Origin: an uncultured Clostridia bacterium
GTDB lineage: Bacteria > Bacillota > Dehalobacteriia > UBA4068
Assembly: GCA_944393575.1 (NCBI GenBank)
Contig: CALYAP010000047.1
Coordinates: forward strand, 1,058 to 65,057
Direction: 5' to 3'
DNA length: 64,000 nt
A model generated the notes under the pieces. It had not been told where the DNA came from. It ran no database searches and saw nothing but the letters and a program-made list of their open reading frames with translations. Made by a program: the position numbers and the translations under genes. Of this stretch, positions 8,876 through 19,180 are shown piece after piece (within the stretch, counting starts at the first letter, position 1; the number at the start of each line of letters is the position of its first letter).

Positions 8876-9874
8876 CTATACAGACATCAAATGGCAAGCA
8901 TCGATATATGGAGTACCGTCTATATCCAAAAAGACTATCGATAAAGTGGTCATATTATCAACATTAATATAAACAATATAGTCACCAAAATGACCATCAT
9001 AGACTGCCTGGAGTGATACAGGATCCGTATAGGTGAAATACTGGCTCATGTTAAAAATGATATCTACCCCATTGCCAGTAGAAGATCCTGAATTGTTAGC
9101 TATAGCAGCATTGAGATCATCAGTACAAATTGGAGCTATGGCTTCATAATTCTTATTATAACAATTTTGATAAAAAGCTATTGCATTATATAGTAACTGA
9201 TTTAAGAGAGTTTCTTCTATATCATCACTTTGATCTTTCAAATAGGTGGTAGTTATGCTGCCAACTGTAACCTGTTCACCGTTAAAATCTGTCGTCTGTA
9301 GATTTGTTAACACATATTCTTCGATAATACCAGATAAATTACTTTCATTTATTGAGCCAAAAATGCTGCTATTGATAGCTACAACATTGGCAGCATCACT
9401 GTTAGCATAAATGGCATAGATCACTTCATCAGCAATAAAATTCTCGTTATCTTGAGTTATTGGTAAATTTACTTGATCATTATATACTACCTCAAGACAG
9501 GTATAAACTGAAGTCAGTTCGTCAACTGAATCTACAGTATCTGCAGCAAGAAGAGAATTATCCTGGTTAGCTGCCAACAGCGTATCTGCTAAACTTTCCA
9601 CTAACAAAACGCTGATATTATCATCTATTGGAATAGTATTTTTTACACCATGAAGGTAAATATTTATCTCCTTGATATTCTCAATATCAGTCATTTCATC
9701 AATGGCCTGTGAAGCTGGTATAGTCTGCTGTTCATCAGTATTATCGTTTTGCACAATATCACTTTGGTTTTCATCATCCTGCGGAGCAGCATCATTGCTG
9801 CAGGCAGCAACAAAACAACAAAGAGCTAACGCTAGCATCATTATCAACAAAATTTTGCCACTTTTTTTCATCAT
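8876..9874 (-). CDS. Hypothetical lipoprotein, acidic and Asn/Asp-rich
   Basis: Signal peptide with an FVAAC lipobox. The start was set at the ATGATG after a GGAGGTG RBS. No family recognised. Confidence 0.45.
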   Translation of the reverse strand: MMKKSGKILLIMMLALALCCFVAACSNDAAPQDDENQSDIVQNDNTDEQQTIPASQAIDEMTDIENIKEINIYLHGVKNTIPIDDNISVLLVESLADTLLAANQDNSLLAADTVDSVDELTSVYTCLEVVYNDQVNLPITQDNENFIADEVIYAIYANSDAANVVAINSSIFGSINESNLSGIIEEYVLTNLQTTDFNGEQVTVGSITTTYLKDQSDDIEETLLNQLLYNAIAFYQNCYNKNYEAIAPICTDDLNAAIANNSGSSTGNGVDIIFNMSQYFTYTDPVSLQAVYDGHFGDYIVYINVDNMTTLSIVFLDIDGTPYIDACHLMSV

Positions 9875-9951
9875 AAGCACCTCCATAATTTATTTATACT
9901 TAAAAGACACTTGTCAGTGGTTAAATGTTCCTTTTATGCCCTATTAGATTT

Positions 9952-10776
9952 TTATTTTAACCCCAGAGCATAGATATCTTTGCTTTTGATATGATATTTT
10001 TCCGCCAATTGTTTTGAGGCTTCTTTTCGGGAAACTCCTGCTCCAAGCATTGCTTTCAGCTCCATCTCAATACTATGCCAATCAATAGGTTTGTCTTCTT
10101 CTGTTTGACCAGCAACTACTAAGGTGAATTCCCCCCTTGGTGCATTTTCGTTAAAATGGGCAATCATTTCCTCTATTGTACCGCGTCGCTTTTCTTCAAA
10201 CATCTTTGTCAGTTCCCGACAAACCGCAATCTGGCGTGAAGGTTCCCAAATAGCCGCCATATCCTCCAAAACTGCTAATAAGCGGTGTGGAGCCTCATAA
10301 AAAACCATTACTCTTTGTTCTTGTGCTAATGCCTGTAGTGCTTTTCTTCTGTTCCCCCTCTCTCTAGGTAAAAACCCTTCAAAACAAAAACTACCACTAT
10401 TAAGACCACTTACCGTAAAAGCGGTTAAAAGCGCTGATGCTCCCGGGATAGCGATAACCTCAATATTTTGTTCTATTGCCGACTTAACTATATCTGCTCC
10501 GGGGTCAGAAAGGCCTGGTGTTCCTGCGTCACAGATCAAGGCAATATCTTTTCCGGATATTAATTCCTGAAGTAATTTTTCCTCACGCAGTTTTTTATTA
10601 TGTTCGAAATAACTAATAAGCGGCTTTTTAATATTTAGATGCTTTAACAGCAAACCACTATTGCGCGTATCTTCAGCAGCCACCAAATCCACTTCGCTTA
10701 AAATCCTAATCGCCCGCAAAGTGATATCCTCTAAATTGCCAATAGGGGTAGCCACCAAATATAGTTTACCTGCCAT
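9952..10776 (-). CDS. rsmI: 16S rRNA (cytidine1402-2'-O)-methyltransferase RsmI
   Basis: Tetrapyrrole-methylase fold, LYLVATPIGNLEDIT N-terminus, same position as Bacillus yabC. Confidence 0.9.
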   Translation of the reverse strand: MAGKLYLVATPIGNLEDITLRAIRILSEVDLVAAEDTRNSGLLLKHLNIKKPLISYFEHNKKLREEKLLQELISGKDIALICDAGTPGLSDPGADIVKSAIEQNIEVIAIPGASALLTAFTVSGLNSGSFCFEGFLPRERGNRRKALQALAQEQRVMVFYEAPHRLLAVLEDMAAIWEPSRQIAVCRELTKMFEEKRRGTIEEMIAHFNENAPRGEFTLVVAGQTEEDKPIDWHSIEMELKAMLGAGVSRKEASKQLAEKYHIKSKDIYALGLK

Positions 10777-11500
10777 AAATATCCAGTATCTCCTTTGTAT
10801 ATTGCCCTTTGCTCTCGTAGACTATCAGTGGTGGCAAGATCTGCATAGACGCCTTTCCGCACTTTCGGGCAGCAACCAATACTAGATTAGCATCTTTATC
10901 ACGATATGGTTGAACAATGCGTAATTTTTCGGGATTAAGAGAAGATGTTGCCAACAATACGAGTAATTCTACTAGCCTTGATGCTGTTAAAATTAGATAT
11001 AATTCGCCAAAGGGCTTCAAGAGTGTTTTTGCGGCTAGAATAATATCTTCTAAAGTGCAATATTCCTCTACCCTAGCGGCTGCAAAAGCATCGTCTTGAT
11101 TGCGCCGACCATGGCCTTTTTTATAATAAGGGGGGTTGACAACAATAATATCGGCGCTATCTTTGCCAAAATATTGTGTAGTATCCCGTAAATCCCCATG
11201 GATTATTTCAATATAACTCGTTAAATGATTAAGCTCGACGCTCCTTTGAGCCTGGGAGCACATTTCGGCAATTATTTCTATCCCTGATATTTTGGCTGTA
11301 GGCATTTTTTGTGCTAATAATAGCGGTATGATACCTGTGCCTGAGCCCAATTCAATGATCCTAGCATTAGAACGAGCCGGGACAAAATCTGCCAGCAAAA
11401 CCGCATCAATGGAAAAACAGGGGGTAGAAGAACTTTGGATTATCTTCATCCCCCTGTTAAGGTCATCTATTCGTTCATCATCTTTTAGCAAAATATTCAT
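10766..11500 (-). CDS. tRNA1(Val) (adenine37-N6)-methyltransferase-like SAM methyltransferase (YabB/YfiC family)
   Basis: NPPY motif (VVNPPYY), a SAM-binding GxGxG, and position between yabA and rsmI. Confidence 0.7.
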   Translation of the reverse strand: MNILLKDDERIDDLNRGMKIIQSSSTPCFSIDAVLLADFVPARSNARIIELGSGTGIIPLLLAQKMPTAKISGIEIIAEMCSQAQRSVELNHLTSYIEIIHGDLRDTTQYFGKDSADIIVVNPPYYKKGHGRRNQDDAFAAARVEEYCTLEDIILAAKTLLKPFGELYLILTASRLVELLVLLATSSLNPEKLRIVQPYRDKDANLVLVAARKCGKASMQILPPLIVYESKGQYTKEILDIYGR

Positions 11501-11769
11501 TTCTTACCCTTATGGAGCAAAAAATTGAGGCAGAAAATACATTCATCTTCTCTACTTTGACCGAAGCTTTCTGGGCATACATGGAACCCCTCTTCATAAA
11601 GGCTGGTCAAAGCATCAAAGCCTCCTCCGGCATCACCGTTGGCCAGTCTTTGCCGCAATTCTGCATTTTGTCTTTCTAATTCTTCAATTTGTGTATATAA
11701 TTTCTCGCCTTCCTGCTGAAGAGCAAGCAATTTATCTTGCCATTCTCTGAATTCGTTCAGAAGAGTCAT
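11497..11769 (-). CDS. yabA: DNA replication initiation-control protein YabA
   Basis: Coiled-coil N-terminus and C-terminal LYEEGFHVC...[11 protein letters not shown] zinc motif, matching B. subtilis YabA. Confidence 0.8.
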   Translation of the reverse strand: MTLLNEFREWQDKLLALQQEGEKLYTQIEELERQNAELRQRLANGDAGGGFDALTSLYEEGFHVCPESFGQSREDECIFCLNFLLHKGKK

Positions 11770-11771
11770 TA

Positions 11772-12485
11772 TTATTCGTCATCCTCTATCAAAGGTTCAT
11801 CATCCTCAGGTGGAATATCAAACACCGGTTTAGCCTTATTTGAGCAAGGGCAATCATCATAATTTTCGTATTTCAAACAACACATCAATCTACCGCATAC
11901 CCCGGATATTTTTGCCGGGTTTAAGGAGAGATTTTGTTTTTTAGCCATTTTAATAGAAACTGGCTGGAACTCACCCAACACACTATGGCAACATAACACT
12001 CTGCCACAAGGACCAATGCCACCCACTACCTTAGCTTTGTCGCGAACACCTATTTGCCGCAACTCAATACGGGTGCGGAAAACAGCAGCAAGGTCCTTAA
12101 CCAGCTCTCTAAAATCAACTCGACCTTCCGCAGTAAAATAAAAGATGATTTTGCTGACATCAAAAGTATAAGATACCTCGACTAATTTGATCGGCAAATT
12201 ATGCTGAGCGATCTTTTTTTCACAAATGGCAAAAGCCTCTTTTTCTTTTTTTAAGTTTTCTTCATGCCGTTTATCATCGGCTTCAGTAGCTTTACGCAGG
12301 ATGTCCTTTAGCGGACTCACAAGATCTTTATCATCAACATCTTTAGGCCCAAGCACAACAGTACCATATTCTAGTCCCCGTGCAGTCTCAACTATAACAT
12401 GATCATGTACTGCTATTCCTTCTAAAGGACGAAAGTAATAAATCTTACCATTTTTTTTAAAGCGAATTCCCACAATTGTAGTCAT
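11772..12485 (-). CDS. ricT: PSP1-domain protein YaaT/RicT (stage 0 sporulation / RNase Y regulator complex)
   Basis: PSP1 C-terminal Cys cluster ([11 protein letters not shown]) and synteny holB-yaaT-yabA. Confidence 0.85.
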   Translation of the reverse strand: MTTIVGIRFKKNGKIYYFRPLEGIAVHDHVIVETARGLEYGTVVLGPKDVDDKDLVSPLKDILRKATEADDKRHEENLKKEKEAFAICEKKIAQHNLPIKLVEVSYTFDVSKIIFYFTAEGRVDFRELVKDLAAVFRTRIELRQIGVRDKAKVVGGIGPCGRVLCCHSVLGEFQPVSIKMAKKQNLSLNPAKISGVCGRLMCCLKYENYDDCPCSNKAKPVFDIPPEDDEPLIEDDE

Positions 12486-12557
12486 AAATATTCTCCAAAA
12501 CTACCTCTATATATAAATAATTATATCCTAATATCCCAGAATAAGCAATATTTTAGT

Positions 12558-13364
12558 TTATCGCTCACAATTCTGCCACAGACGTAATAGGACTACATCC
12601 ATGAGTAGTTTTTGATTGACATTATTATCAATAAGCTCCAAGGAGCTTTCTACCATAGTCGCTGATCTTAAAATAGAGGCATACGCCATCGGCAACGATA
12701 TTTTGCCAATAGCCGCACTATGTAAAGCATGCAATAGTCCCAATAAAAAGACTCGTTGTTCGTCTCGTTTTTCCTTTTCTCTGGCTTTGAGAAGAACTTC
12801 ATAGATATGCATTTTTGGCAGCTCCATGAGCAGAGAGATTGCATCATTTAGCGTTATATCATCAATCTCCCCTTGTCGATGGTTCAGGTCTCCAGTAAAG
12901 ATAAACAATTGGCAGCGTGAAAGTACCGTAGGTAGCAATTGTTCTGGCTGAGCTGTTAGCAAAATAAAAACCGTCTGGGCTGGTGGTTCCTCTAATAATT
13001 TAAGCAGATTGTTAGCAGCCTCTACGCTCATCTTTTCTGCTTGCGTAATAATAAATACTTTCCAGCCATTATCCATACTGGAAAGACCGGCCTGTGCCCC
13101 TAAGGTTTTCATTCCTTCCAGACGGTGAGTACCTTTATCCGGCTCCACGATATGGCAATCCGGATAAGTACCAGCAAGAATATTACGGCAAACAGTACAA
13201 CTTCCGCAAGGCATACCATAGTCTGCATGTGGACAATTGAGGTTAGCTGCTAAGGAAAGAGCTTGTTCCATAGCCTGCTGACCACGAAAAATATAAGCAT
13301 GAGATAATTGTCCGCAATTTATCTGGTTAAGAAGTAATTCATTTAGTTGAGAAAAATCAGCCAT
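12558..13364 (-). CDS. holB: DNA polymerase III delta' subunit (HolB)
   Basis: AAA+ clamp-loader fold with a zinc module (CPHADYGMPCGSCTVC). The start was moved to the ATG at 13364 (MADFSQL), giving ATGGCTGA overlap with the tmk stop. Confidence 0.8.
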   Translation of the reverse strand: MADFSQLNELLLNQINCGQLSHAYIFRGQQAMEQALSLAANLNCPHADYGMPCGSCTVCRNILAGTYPDCHIVEPDKGTHRLEGMKTLGAQAGLSSMDNGWKVFIITQAEKMSVEAANNLLKLLEEPPAQTVFILLTAQPEQLLPTVLSRCQLFIFTGDLNHRQGEIDDITLNDAISLLMELPKMHIYEVLLKAREKEKRDEQRVFLLGLLHALHSAAIGKISLPMAYASILRSATMVESSLELIDNNVNQKLLMDVVLLRLWQNCER

Positions 13365-13998
13365 GACAAATCCTGCCCCGATCTTTAAATAGCGTACCAA
13401 TAGCTGTCTGAACCAAAGCAAATACGTCTTGCGGAGAACCGCTAGCATCGATTCTTTGAATACGATGTGGATACTGATCGGCCAGTTGGTCATATGTAGC
13501 TGCAACCCGAGCAAAAAACTCAACATTCTCTTGCTCCAGGCGATCTTTGGTTCCTGGAATACGTTGCATAGCTTGCTCTATAGGTAGGGATAGGTAAATA
13601 GTCAAATCAGGATAAACTCCATTAATAGCAAAATCATTGAGGCGAGTAAGTTCATCAATATCCAATCCCCTACCTCCACCTTGATAAGCGATGGTAGAAT
13701 CTATATAGCGATCGCAAAGCACGATCTTGCCATTTGCTAAAGCGGGGCGAATAACATCAGTCACATGACGTGAACGGTCTACCATAAAAAGCAACGTTTC
13801 CGTATGTGAATCTACGCTGCCATAAGAACTATCCAAAAGCATTTGACGGAAAACTTTTCCTAAATCACTGCCGCCAGGCTCTAGGGTAGCTAATACTTCA
13901 TATCCATTTTCTACTAGCCAGGTTTGTGTCATCGCCGCCATTAGTGACTTACCACAACCATCAATACCTTCAAAAGTAATAAATAGTCCTTGCCTCAT
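13357..13998 (-). CDS. tmk: Thymidylate kinase
   Basis: P-loop FITFEGIDGCGKS, DRY motif, start at MRQGLFITFEG. Confidence 0.9.
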   Translation of the reverse strand: MRQGLFITFEGIDGCGKSLMAAMTQTWLVENGYEVLATLEPGGSDLGKVFRQMLLDSSYGSVDSHTETLLFMVDRSRHVTDVIRPALANGKIVLCDRYIDSTIAYQGGGRGLDIDELTRLNDFAINGVYPDLTIYLSLPIEQAMQRIPGTKDRLEQENVEFFARVAATYDQLADQYPHRIQRIDASGSPQDVFALVQTAIGTLFKDRGRICHG

Positions 13999-14055
13999 TA
14001 ACCGCACCCCATATTTTAATATCATTTATTTTCGCCGAAAGAGCCTTTTTGTCCT

Positions 14056-14083
14056 GCAAAAAGGAGGGGCCGAGGCCCCTCCT
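14056..14083 (-). terminator. Rho-independent terminator after the decarboxylase gene
   Basis: AGGAGGGGCC-ga-GGCCCCTCCT hairpin followed by a T-tract on the minus strand. Confidence 0.7.
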
Positions 14084-14106
14084 TAGCTTATAAATTAACG
14101 GCTAGT

Positions 14107-15366
14107 TTATTTAGCAAGATGCGGATAATCTAACGTTGCAAAATAATCCGCTAAAGTTTCAGCACGCCGGATTTGTTTAATGCTGCCATCTTCACGTAGC
14201 AATAACTCCTTGGAGCGAAGTTTACCGTTATAGTTGAACCCCATCGAATAGCCATGAGCGCCACTATCATGGATAACCAGCAAATCTCCCATATCGATAT
14301 GGGGCAACATCCTATCAATAGCAAATTTATCATTATTCTCACACAAGGATCCAGTAACATCATACATAGTATCACAGGGAGCATTCTCCTTCCCCACCAC
14401 AGTGATATGGTGGTATGCTCCATATAGGGCTGGGCGCATCAAGTCAGCCATGCATGAATCCAGTCCGATATAATTTTTATAGGTATCCTTATAGTGAATC
14501 GCGGTTGATACCAGGTAACCATAAGGTCCTGTCATCATACGGCCGCTTTCAATGCAAATAGCAACCTCGGTAAGTCCTGCTGGAATGAGAATACTCTCAT
14601 ATGCTTCTTTTACTCTATTACCAAAGACTTGCAGATCCACCGCTTCTTGCTCTGGCCGGTAAGGAATACCGATACCTCCACCTAGATTGATAAATTCCAC
14701 ACTGACGCCAAGTTGATTTTTGATTTTAACTGCCAGATTAAACATCATTTGGGCAGTCTCAGCCAGATAATCGCAATTAAGCTCATTGGATACAATCATG
14801 GTATGAATACCGAAACGCTTGGTGCCTAAAGATTTACAGCGGGCAATGCCCTCCAAAAGCTGCTCCTGGGTGAGGCCATATTTGGCCTGTTCCGGATAAC
14901 CAATGATTTCATTGCCCCCATTACGCAGTGGTCCAGGATTATAACGAAAAGAAATTAGTTCTGGTAAACGGGCATTATCCAACAAATAATCAATATGGCT
15001 GATATCATCCAAATTGATTATGGCTCCCAGTTCTAAAGCCTTACGGTATTCAGCAATAGGCGTATCATTGCTGGTAAAGCAGATATTTTCACCTTGGATG
15101 CCAACCGCTTCGGAAAGATAGAGCTCAGCCATAGAGCTGCAATCAGCACCGCAGCCCTCTTCCTTTAATATTTCTAAAATATATGGGTTAGGCAAAGCTT
15201 TAACTGCAAAGTATTCCCTAAATTTAGGTGCCCAGCTAAATGCGGCAAATAACTGGCGGGCATTTTTACGGATAGCTGCTTCATCATAAAGATGGAAAGG
15301 CGTGCCATATTCCTGGGCTATTTGTTTAATCCTCTCGCTGGATAAAGGCAATGTCTTAATGCTCAT
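14107..15366 (-). CDS. lysA: PLP-dependent decarboxylase, Orn/DAP/Arg decarboxylase family 2 (LysA-like diaminopimelate decarboxylase)
   Basis: N-terminal GTPFHLYD and C-terminal GAHGYSMGFNYN motifs. Alignment from memory with B. subtilis LysA. Carboxynorspermidine decarboxylase cannot be excluded. Confidence 0.55.
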   Translation of the reverse strand: MSIKTLPLSSERIKQIAQEYGTPFHLYDEAAIRKNARQLFAAFSWAPKFREYFAVKALPNPYILEILKEEGCGADCSSMAELYLSEAVGIQGENICFTSNDTPIAEYRKALELGAIINLDDISHIDYLLDNARLPELISFRYNPGPLRNGGNEIIGYPEQAKYGLTQEQLLEGIARCKSLGTKRFGIHTMIVSNELNCDYLAETAQMMFNLAVKIKNQLGVSVEFINLGGGIGIPYRPEQEAVDLQVFGNRVKEAYESILIPAGLTEVAICIESGRMMTGPYGYLVSTAIHYKDTYKNYIGLDSCMADLMRPALYGAYHHITVVGKENAPCDTMYDVTGSLCENNDKFAIDRMLPHIDMGDLLVIHDSGAHGYSMGFNYNGKLRSKELLLREDGSIKQIRRAETLADYFATLDYPHLAK

Positions 15367-16252
15367 AACTTTCCTCCAAAAAATTAGTTAAATATGATAT
15401 GGGTATAGCCAAACCAGCATTATCTTGATTTGTTAGCTTAGCAAATATTACCCCGATAACCTGAGATTGATCATTAAAAACCGGGCTGCCCGAACTGCCG
15501 GGCTGTACAGGGCCTGAAAAATAAATCAAAGGCACATTATCAATGGCAACCATACTGATAACAGTCCCCTCAGAAATGGTCCAATCATAGCCAAGGGGAT
15601 TGCCGATAAAGATAATCTCATCATCAGCAGATGGATATTCATCATTCAGCTCAACAAAAGGGAGATCTTCGCCGTCAATATCAATCAAGGCCATATCCAC
15701 TTCTGGGATATCGATCCACTCTCTGGTAGTAAAAGTTTCAGCACCATCCCCACCAAAGCGAATCGTAATAATCCGACTATCCTCCACAACATGGCGATTG
15801 GTCACGATTAATCCATCCTCTGAGATATTAAAGCCTGTCCCATTACCACCGGTGCCCTCAATCACCACAACTGCTTCTTGTAACGCTGCCAAAGATTCAT
15901 CTCGAGACAGTCGTGAGCTATTGCTTAAAACACTCCAATCAATATAATTGCCTAACATGGAAATGGAAATCCAAATCGTGATCGCAACGATAATGAATAG
16001 AGCAACCACCGCTTTTATCCATGGGGAATGAGTAGGAGGCTCATTACTTGTTGTTTCGAAGTCAGAATTATTTTTTTGTCGGGCTTCCTCCTCTTCTGCT
16101 TTGCGGTTAAGCTCCTCAATTTCCTCAAAATCAAGATCTCGAGCAAATGACGGATCAGTTTCCCGCCAATATTCATCAGGCGGATAATCACTAGCCTTAA
16201 TCAGCTGGTCATCAGTCACAGTATCGTCTTTTTTAATCCGATACATCGCCAT
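15356..16252 (-). CDS. Membrane-anchored trypsin-like serine protease (acidic cytoplasmic N-terminus, one TM helix, S1 domain)
   Basis: GTGFNISEDGLIVTNRHVV (catalytic His region) and GSSGSPVF (catalytic Ser) motifs. The TM helix is WIKAVVALFIIVAITIWISI. Confidence 0.65.
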   Translation of the reverse strand: MAMYRIKKDDTVTDDQLIKASDYPPDEYWRETDPSFARDLDFEEIEELNRKAEEEEARQKNNSDFETTSNEPPTHSPWIKAVVALFIIVAITIWISISMLGNYIDWSVLSNSSRLSRDESLAALQEAVVVIEGTGGNGTGFNISEDGLIVTNRHVVEDSRIITIRFGGDGAETFTTREWIDIPEVDMALIDIDGEDLPFVELNDEYPSADDEIIFIGNPLGYDWTISEGTVISMVAIDNVPLIYFSGPVQPGSSGSPVFNDQSQVIGVIFAKLTNQDNAGLAIPISYLTNFLEESYEH

Positions 16253-16903
16253 CTACTGCCACAACTCCCTAATAAGGTCACAAGCTTCCTTATCCCATTG
16301 AGTCAATTGCAGAAGTGGCACAATATTCCATTCGGCCCAGTTTTCCATACGGCTTCGGTTATAAGCTACGAACCCGATTCCGGCAGCCTCTGCTGCCTGG
16401 GCATCAATCATCGCATCCCCAATAGTCAAAGTATTAGCTAAGGTGATAGTTGGATATTGCGACTTAACGAACAGCATTCCATCAGGTGAAGGCTTTAAAT
16501 TAGGTACACTATTTCTCCCCGCAACAAATGTCAGATACGGGGCAATACCCAGCCGATTTAAGTTATCGCCAATGGCGGAATCAGTATTATTCGATAAAAC
16601 CGCCAGTTCAGCATATTGCCCTAAATAATCTAAGGCCTCGATAGCTCCTGGCTCCAAAACAGCCTGGTCCAGCCCTTCAGCCTCAACCTCAGCGACCTTT
16701 TGCCATATTTCTTCAGCTACTTTTTCATCATAATCGGCAGAGTTAGTGAATTCTACCATTCTAGTAGCAACAGAATGATGGCAATACTTATCTAATCCAT
16801 GAGCCAACATGATTTTCGTAACTTCACGGGTCATTAATGGAAAATCTATTCTTGATTGAAGGATTGTATTATCCATATCAAAAATGATCAGTTTATCCTT
16901 CAT
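16253..16903 (-). CDS. HAD-superfamily hydrolase
   Basis: Motif I FDMDNTIL, with a C-terminal Lys and DD motif region. Confidence 0.7.
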   Translation of the reverse strand: MKDKLIIFDMDNTILQSRIDFPLMTREVTKIMLAHGLDKYCHHSVATRMVEFTNSADYDEKVAEEIWQKVAEVEAEGLDQAVLEPGAIEALDYLGQYAELAVLSNNTDSAIGDNLNRLGIAPYLTFVAGRNSVPNLKPSPDGMLFVKSQYPTITLANTLTIGDAMIDAQAAEAAGIGFVAYNRSRMENWAEWNIVPLLQLTQWDKEACDLIRELWQ

Positions 16904-16921
16904 GTCATACTCCTTAGAGTT

Positions 16922-17503
16922 CTATCCTAGCTCGTCCAATGTCTTAGTAAAAGCGTCCAAGCAATTATCAATAAACCAAGCTACCTCCGGTAGCTGTGCA
17001 TATTTGTTTAGTTCTTTTTTGATGCTTTTTTCCGCCTGATCAAATTCACGATTGCCAGCGGTTCCTTCCTCTAGGCATTTCACGTAAGCAGCTAATTTAT
17101 CAGCAGCCTTGACAAGTTTATATTCATAAGTATCTTCATCGGGATAAAAAAATGTTTTATATTCGGCCGATAATTCTTCTGGCAAAAAGCTCAGCAGTTT
17201 AGCTTTAGCCACATCTTCGATCTGCCCATAAGAAAGGTTGATCTGCGGGTTAAAGTATTTCACCGGGGTAGGTAGATCACCGATCACCACTTCTCCAGCA
17301 TCATGATACAATGCCATTAAAACAACTTTACCTACATCGACCTGGCCATGGAAATAAGTATTGGAAACCACAGCCAAGGCATGGGCAATCACCGCTACCT
17401 GATGGCTATGCTCAGCGATATTCTCTTCCTGTATATTCCGCATGAGGCTCCATCTTTTAATCAGCTTCATCCGGGATAAATAAGCATAAAAGCTGTTTGC
17501 CAT
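16922..17503 (-). CDS. HD-domain phosphohydrolase, YfbR-like 5'-deoxynucleotidase
   Basis: ENIAEHSHQVAVIAHALA followed by the YHDAGEVVIGDLPTP HD motif. Start chosen at MANSF, uncertain. Confidence 0.6.
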   Translation of the reverse strand: MANSFYAYLSRMKLIKRWSLMRNIQEENIAEHSHQVAVIAHALAVVSNTYFHGQVDVGKVVLMALYHDAGEVVIGDLPTPVKYFNPQINLSYGQIEDVAKAKLLSFLPEELSAEYKTFFYPDEDTYEYKLVKAADKLAAYVKCLEEGTAGNREFDQAEKSIKKELNKYAQLPEVAWFIDNCLDAFTKTLDELG

Positions 17504-17597
17504 TTTATCATACCCAAAAAATAATTGTAAGATAATGTTTGAATTATATGCTTTTTTAAGGTTTCTGTCAACCAAAGAGCACAATATACTTCTTTAC

Positions 17598-18281
17598 CTA
17601 AAGGTTGTGTAGTTGATACTGACACCAAGAAAATAATAACTCATAATACTGAGATAGATCCTCAATCTTTTCTTCTTTTAACAATAGAGAAACCTCTAAT
17701 ACTTGTTGGTCTATTCCGGTCAACAAAAATAGAAGATCCTTTTTAGATAAAACAAAGTTGCCTTTTTGCAAGTAATATTTGTTTTGCAGAATATAAAAAA
17801 CCGACTTATAAGCCTGGCGCAATTCACTCAAGGTATAGCTGTCAACACCATGGATATATTGATGACAAAGTTGGTGATAGAGATCGCCTACCTGCCTTTT
17901 AATGTAATTGATAACATCTATATCAGTATAATCTGGCAGCAAAGTTTTTAACTGTCCCCAATAGTCTTTAGTCTCATGAGAAAGCTGACAAATCTCACCT
18001 GGATTCCAATTAAGCAGCTCTTGGCGGCCACAAATAAAACCACATGATTTATCAGCATAATCCATTGAATTAATTATTTGCCGGTAAATATCAAGATCCT
18101 TGATCGTTAAAATATCCAAAACCAAAAAAATATCAATATCGCTATCAGGAGTAGCTTCCCCTCTGCCATAGCTTCCCTGGAGCCCCAAATAGAGTATGCG
18201 CCGTGGGAAATGGGCAAATAAGTGCCCAGATAATTCCTGCATGTATGAATCGATATCGATAACTTGCTTGTCCATATTCAT
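17598..18281 (-). CDS. Nucleotidyltransferase-domain protein, KNTase/ANT(4')-like
   Basis: LQGSYGRGEATPDSDIDIFLV matches the Pol-beta-fold GS...D.D motif, and the overall length matches kanamycin nucleotidyltransferase. Confidence 0.55.
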   Translation of the reverse strand: MNMDKQVIDIDSYMQELSGHLFAHFPRRILYLGLQGSYGRGEATPDSDIDIFLVLDILTIKDLDIYRQIINSMDYADKSCGFICGRQELLNWNPGEICQLSHETKDYWGQLKTLLPDYTDIDVINYIKRQVGDLYHQLCHQYIHGVDSYTLSELRQAYKSVFYILQNKYYLQKGNFVLSKKDLLFLLTGIDQQVLEVSLLLKEEKIEDLSQYYELLFSWCQYQLHNL

Positions 18282-18282
18282 T

Positions 18283-19095
18283 TTATCGCATATATACCTG
18301 CACGGTAAGTGCAGCTGCTAATTTATTATCTCCAATGATTCGGTGAAACGCTTCGACTACATCCGGATCCAAAGCAGTACCGGCATACATATCCAGCTCA
18401 TCTAATGCCTCCTGTGGCGTCATCGCTCTGCTTATATTATGAGGATGTGTTAAATGGTCAAACATCTCCACCGCAGCAAAAATACGGCACGCCAAGGGAA
18501 TGCTTTTCCCATACATGGCAATAACACCACTGCCATTATATCTTTCCTCATGGCAGTTAATCAAGCGAGCAGCGCGGGCTAGTTTAGGAATATTGGCAAT
18601 GATATCAGCCCCATAATTAATATGTTCATCCCAGACTTTTTGTTCATCCACAGACAGCTTACTCCGTTTATACAGGACAGAAGAATGTACCCCCACTAAG
18701 CCAATATCATAACAATAACAAAGAATACGCAAATTATGCTGCTCACTACTGCCCATCTTCATCAAAGTAGCTAAACGCAAAGCATAATACAGCATTCGCT
18801 GATGGCTGTCTGGACTATCAGGGGCGCCAAAACGGGCAATCTTAGCATCCCTGCCCATACGCATTACCCGCATATAATCCATCTCTCGACGCAAGACCTT
18901 AGTAAAGCCGATTAACAAAATTAGCAAAGCTATTACTAAGCGAAAAATAAGCCGTGTCGAAGTAACACCATCCCATAAGCAAAAAAGGAAACCACTGCCG
19001 CTGGTGATAGTAAGAATTAATGAATCAGCAAGCCAAAAAATCACAGCCGCTAATATAAATGGCAATAGAGCACGAAAGTGACGCAAATAGTCCAC
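18283..19095 (-). CDS. Membrane protein with C-terminal HD-type phosphohydrolase domain
   Basis: Two or three N-terminal TM helices, then H..D..YCYDIGLV...H region. Family assignment uncertain. Confidence 0.45.
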   Translation of the reverse strand: MDYLRHFRALLPFILAAVIFWLADSLILTITSGSGFLFCLWDGVTSTRLIFRLVIALLILLIGFTKVLRREMDYMRVMRMGRDAKIARFGAPDSPDSHQRMLYYALRLATLMKMGSSEQHNLRILCYCYDIGLVGVHSSVLYKRSKLSVDEQKVWDEHINYGADIIANIPKLARAARLINCHEERYNGSGVIAMYGKSIPLACRIFAAVEMFDHLTHPHNISRAMTPQEALDELDMYAGTALDPDVVEAFHRIIGDNKLAAALTVQVYMR

Positions 19096-19180
19096 CTGCT
19101 TAAAATCATAAAATACACAACATATAGTATTATTCTATGCTTTTTTATCACATCCTGCATATTTATGGAATGTTTTGCTG

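Noticed and set aside
8468-8944. Two small plus-strand ORFs (75 and 65 aa) overlapping the yccF-like gene
   Set aside because: Both are antisense to a coherent DUF307 membrane-protein frame and are low-complexity Ile/Pro-rich translations.
12558-13526. 322-aa holB call overlapping tmk by 170 nt
   Set aside because: A same-strand 170-nt overlap is implausible. Delta-prime homology begins at MADFSQL (ATG at 13364), which gives a tidy ATGGCTGA overlap with the tmk stop.
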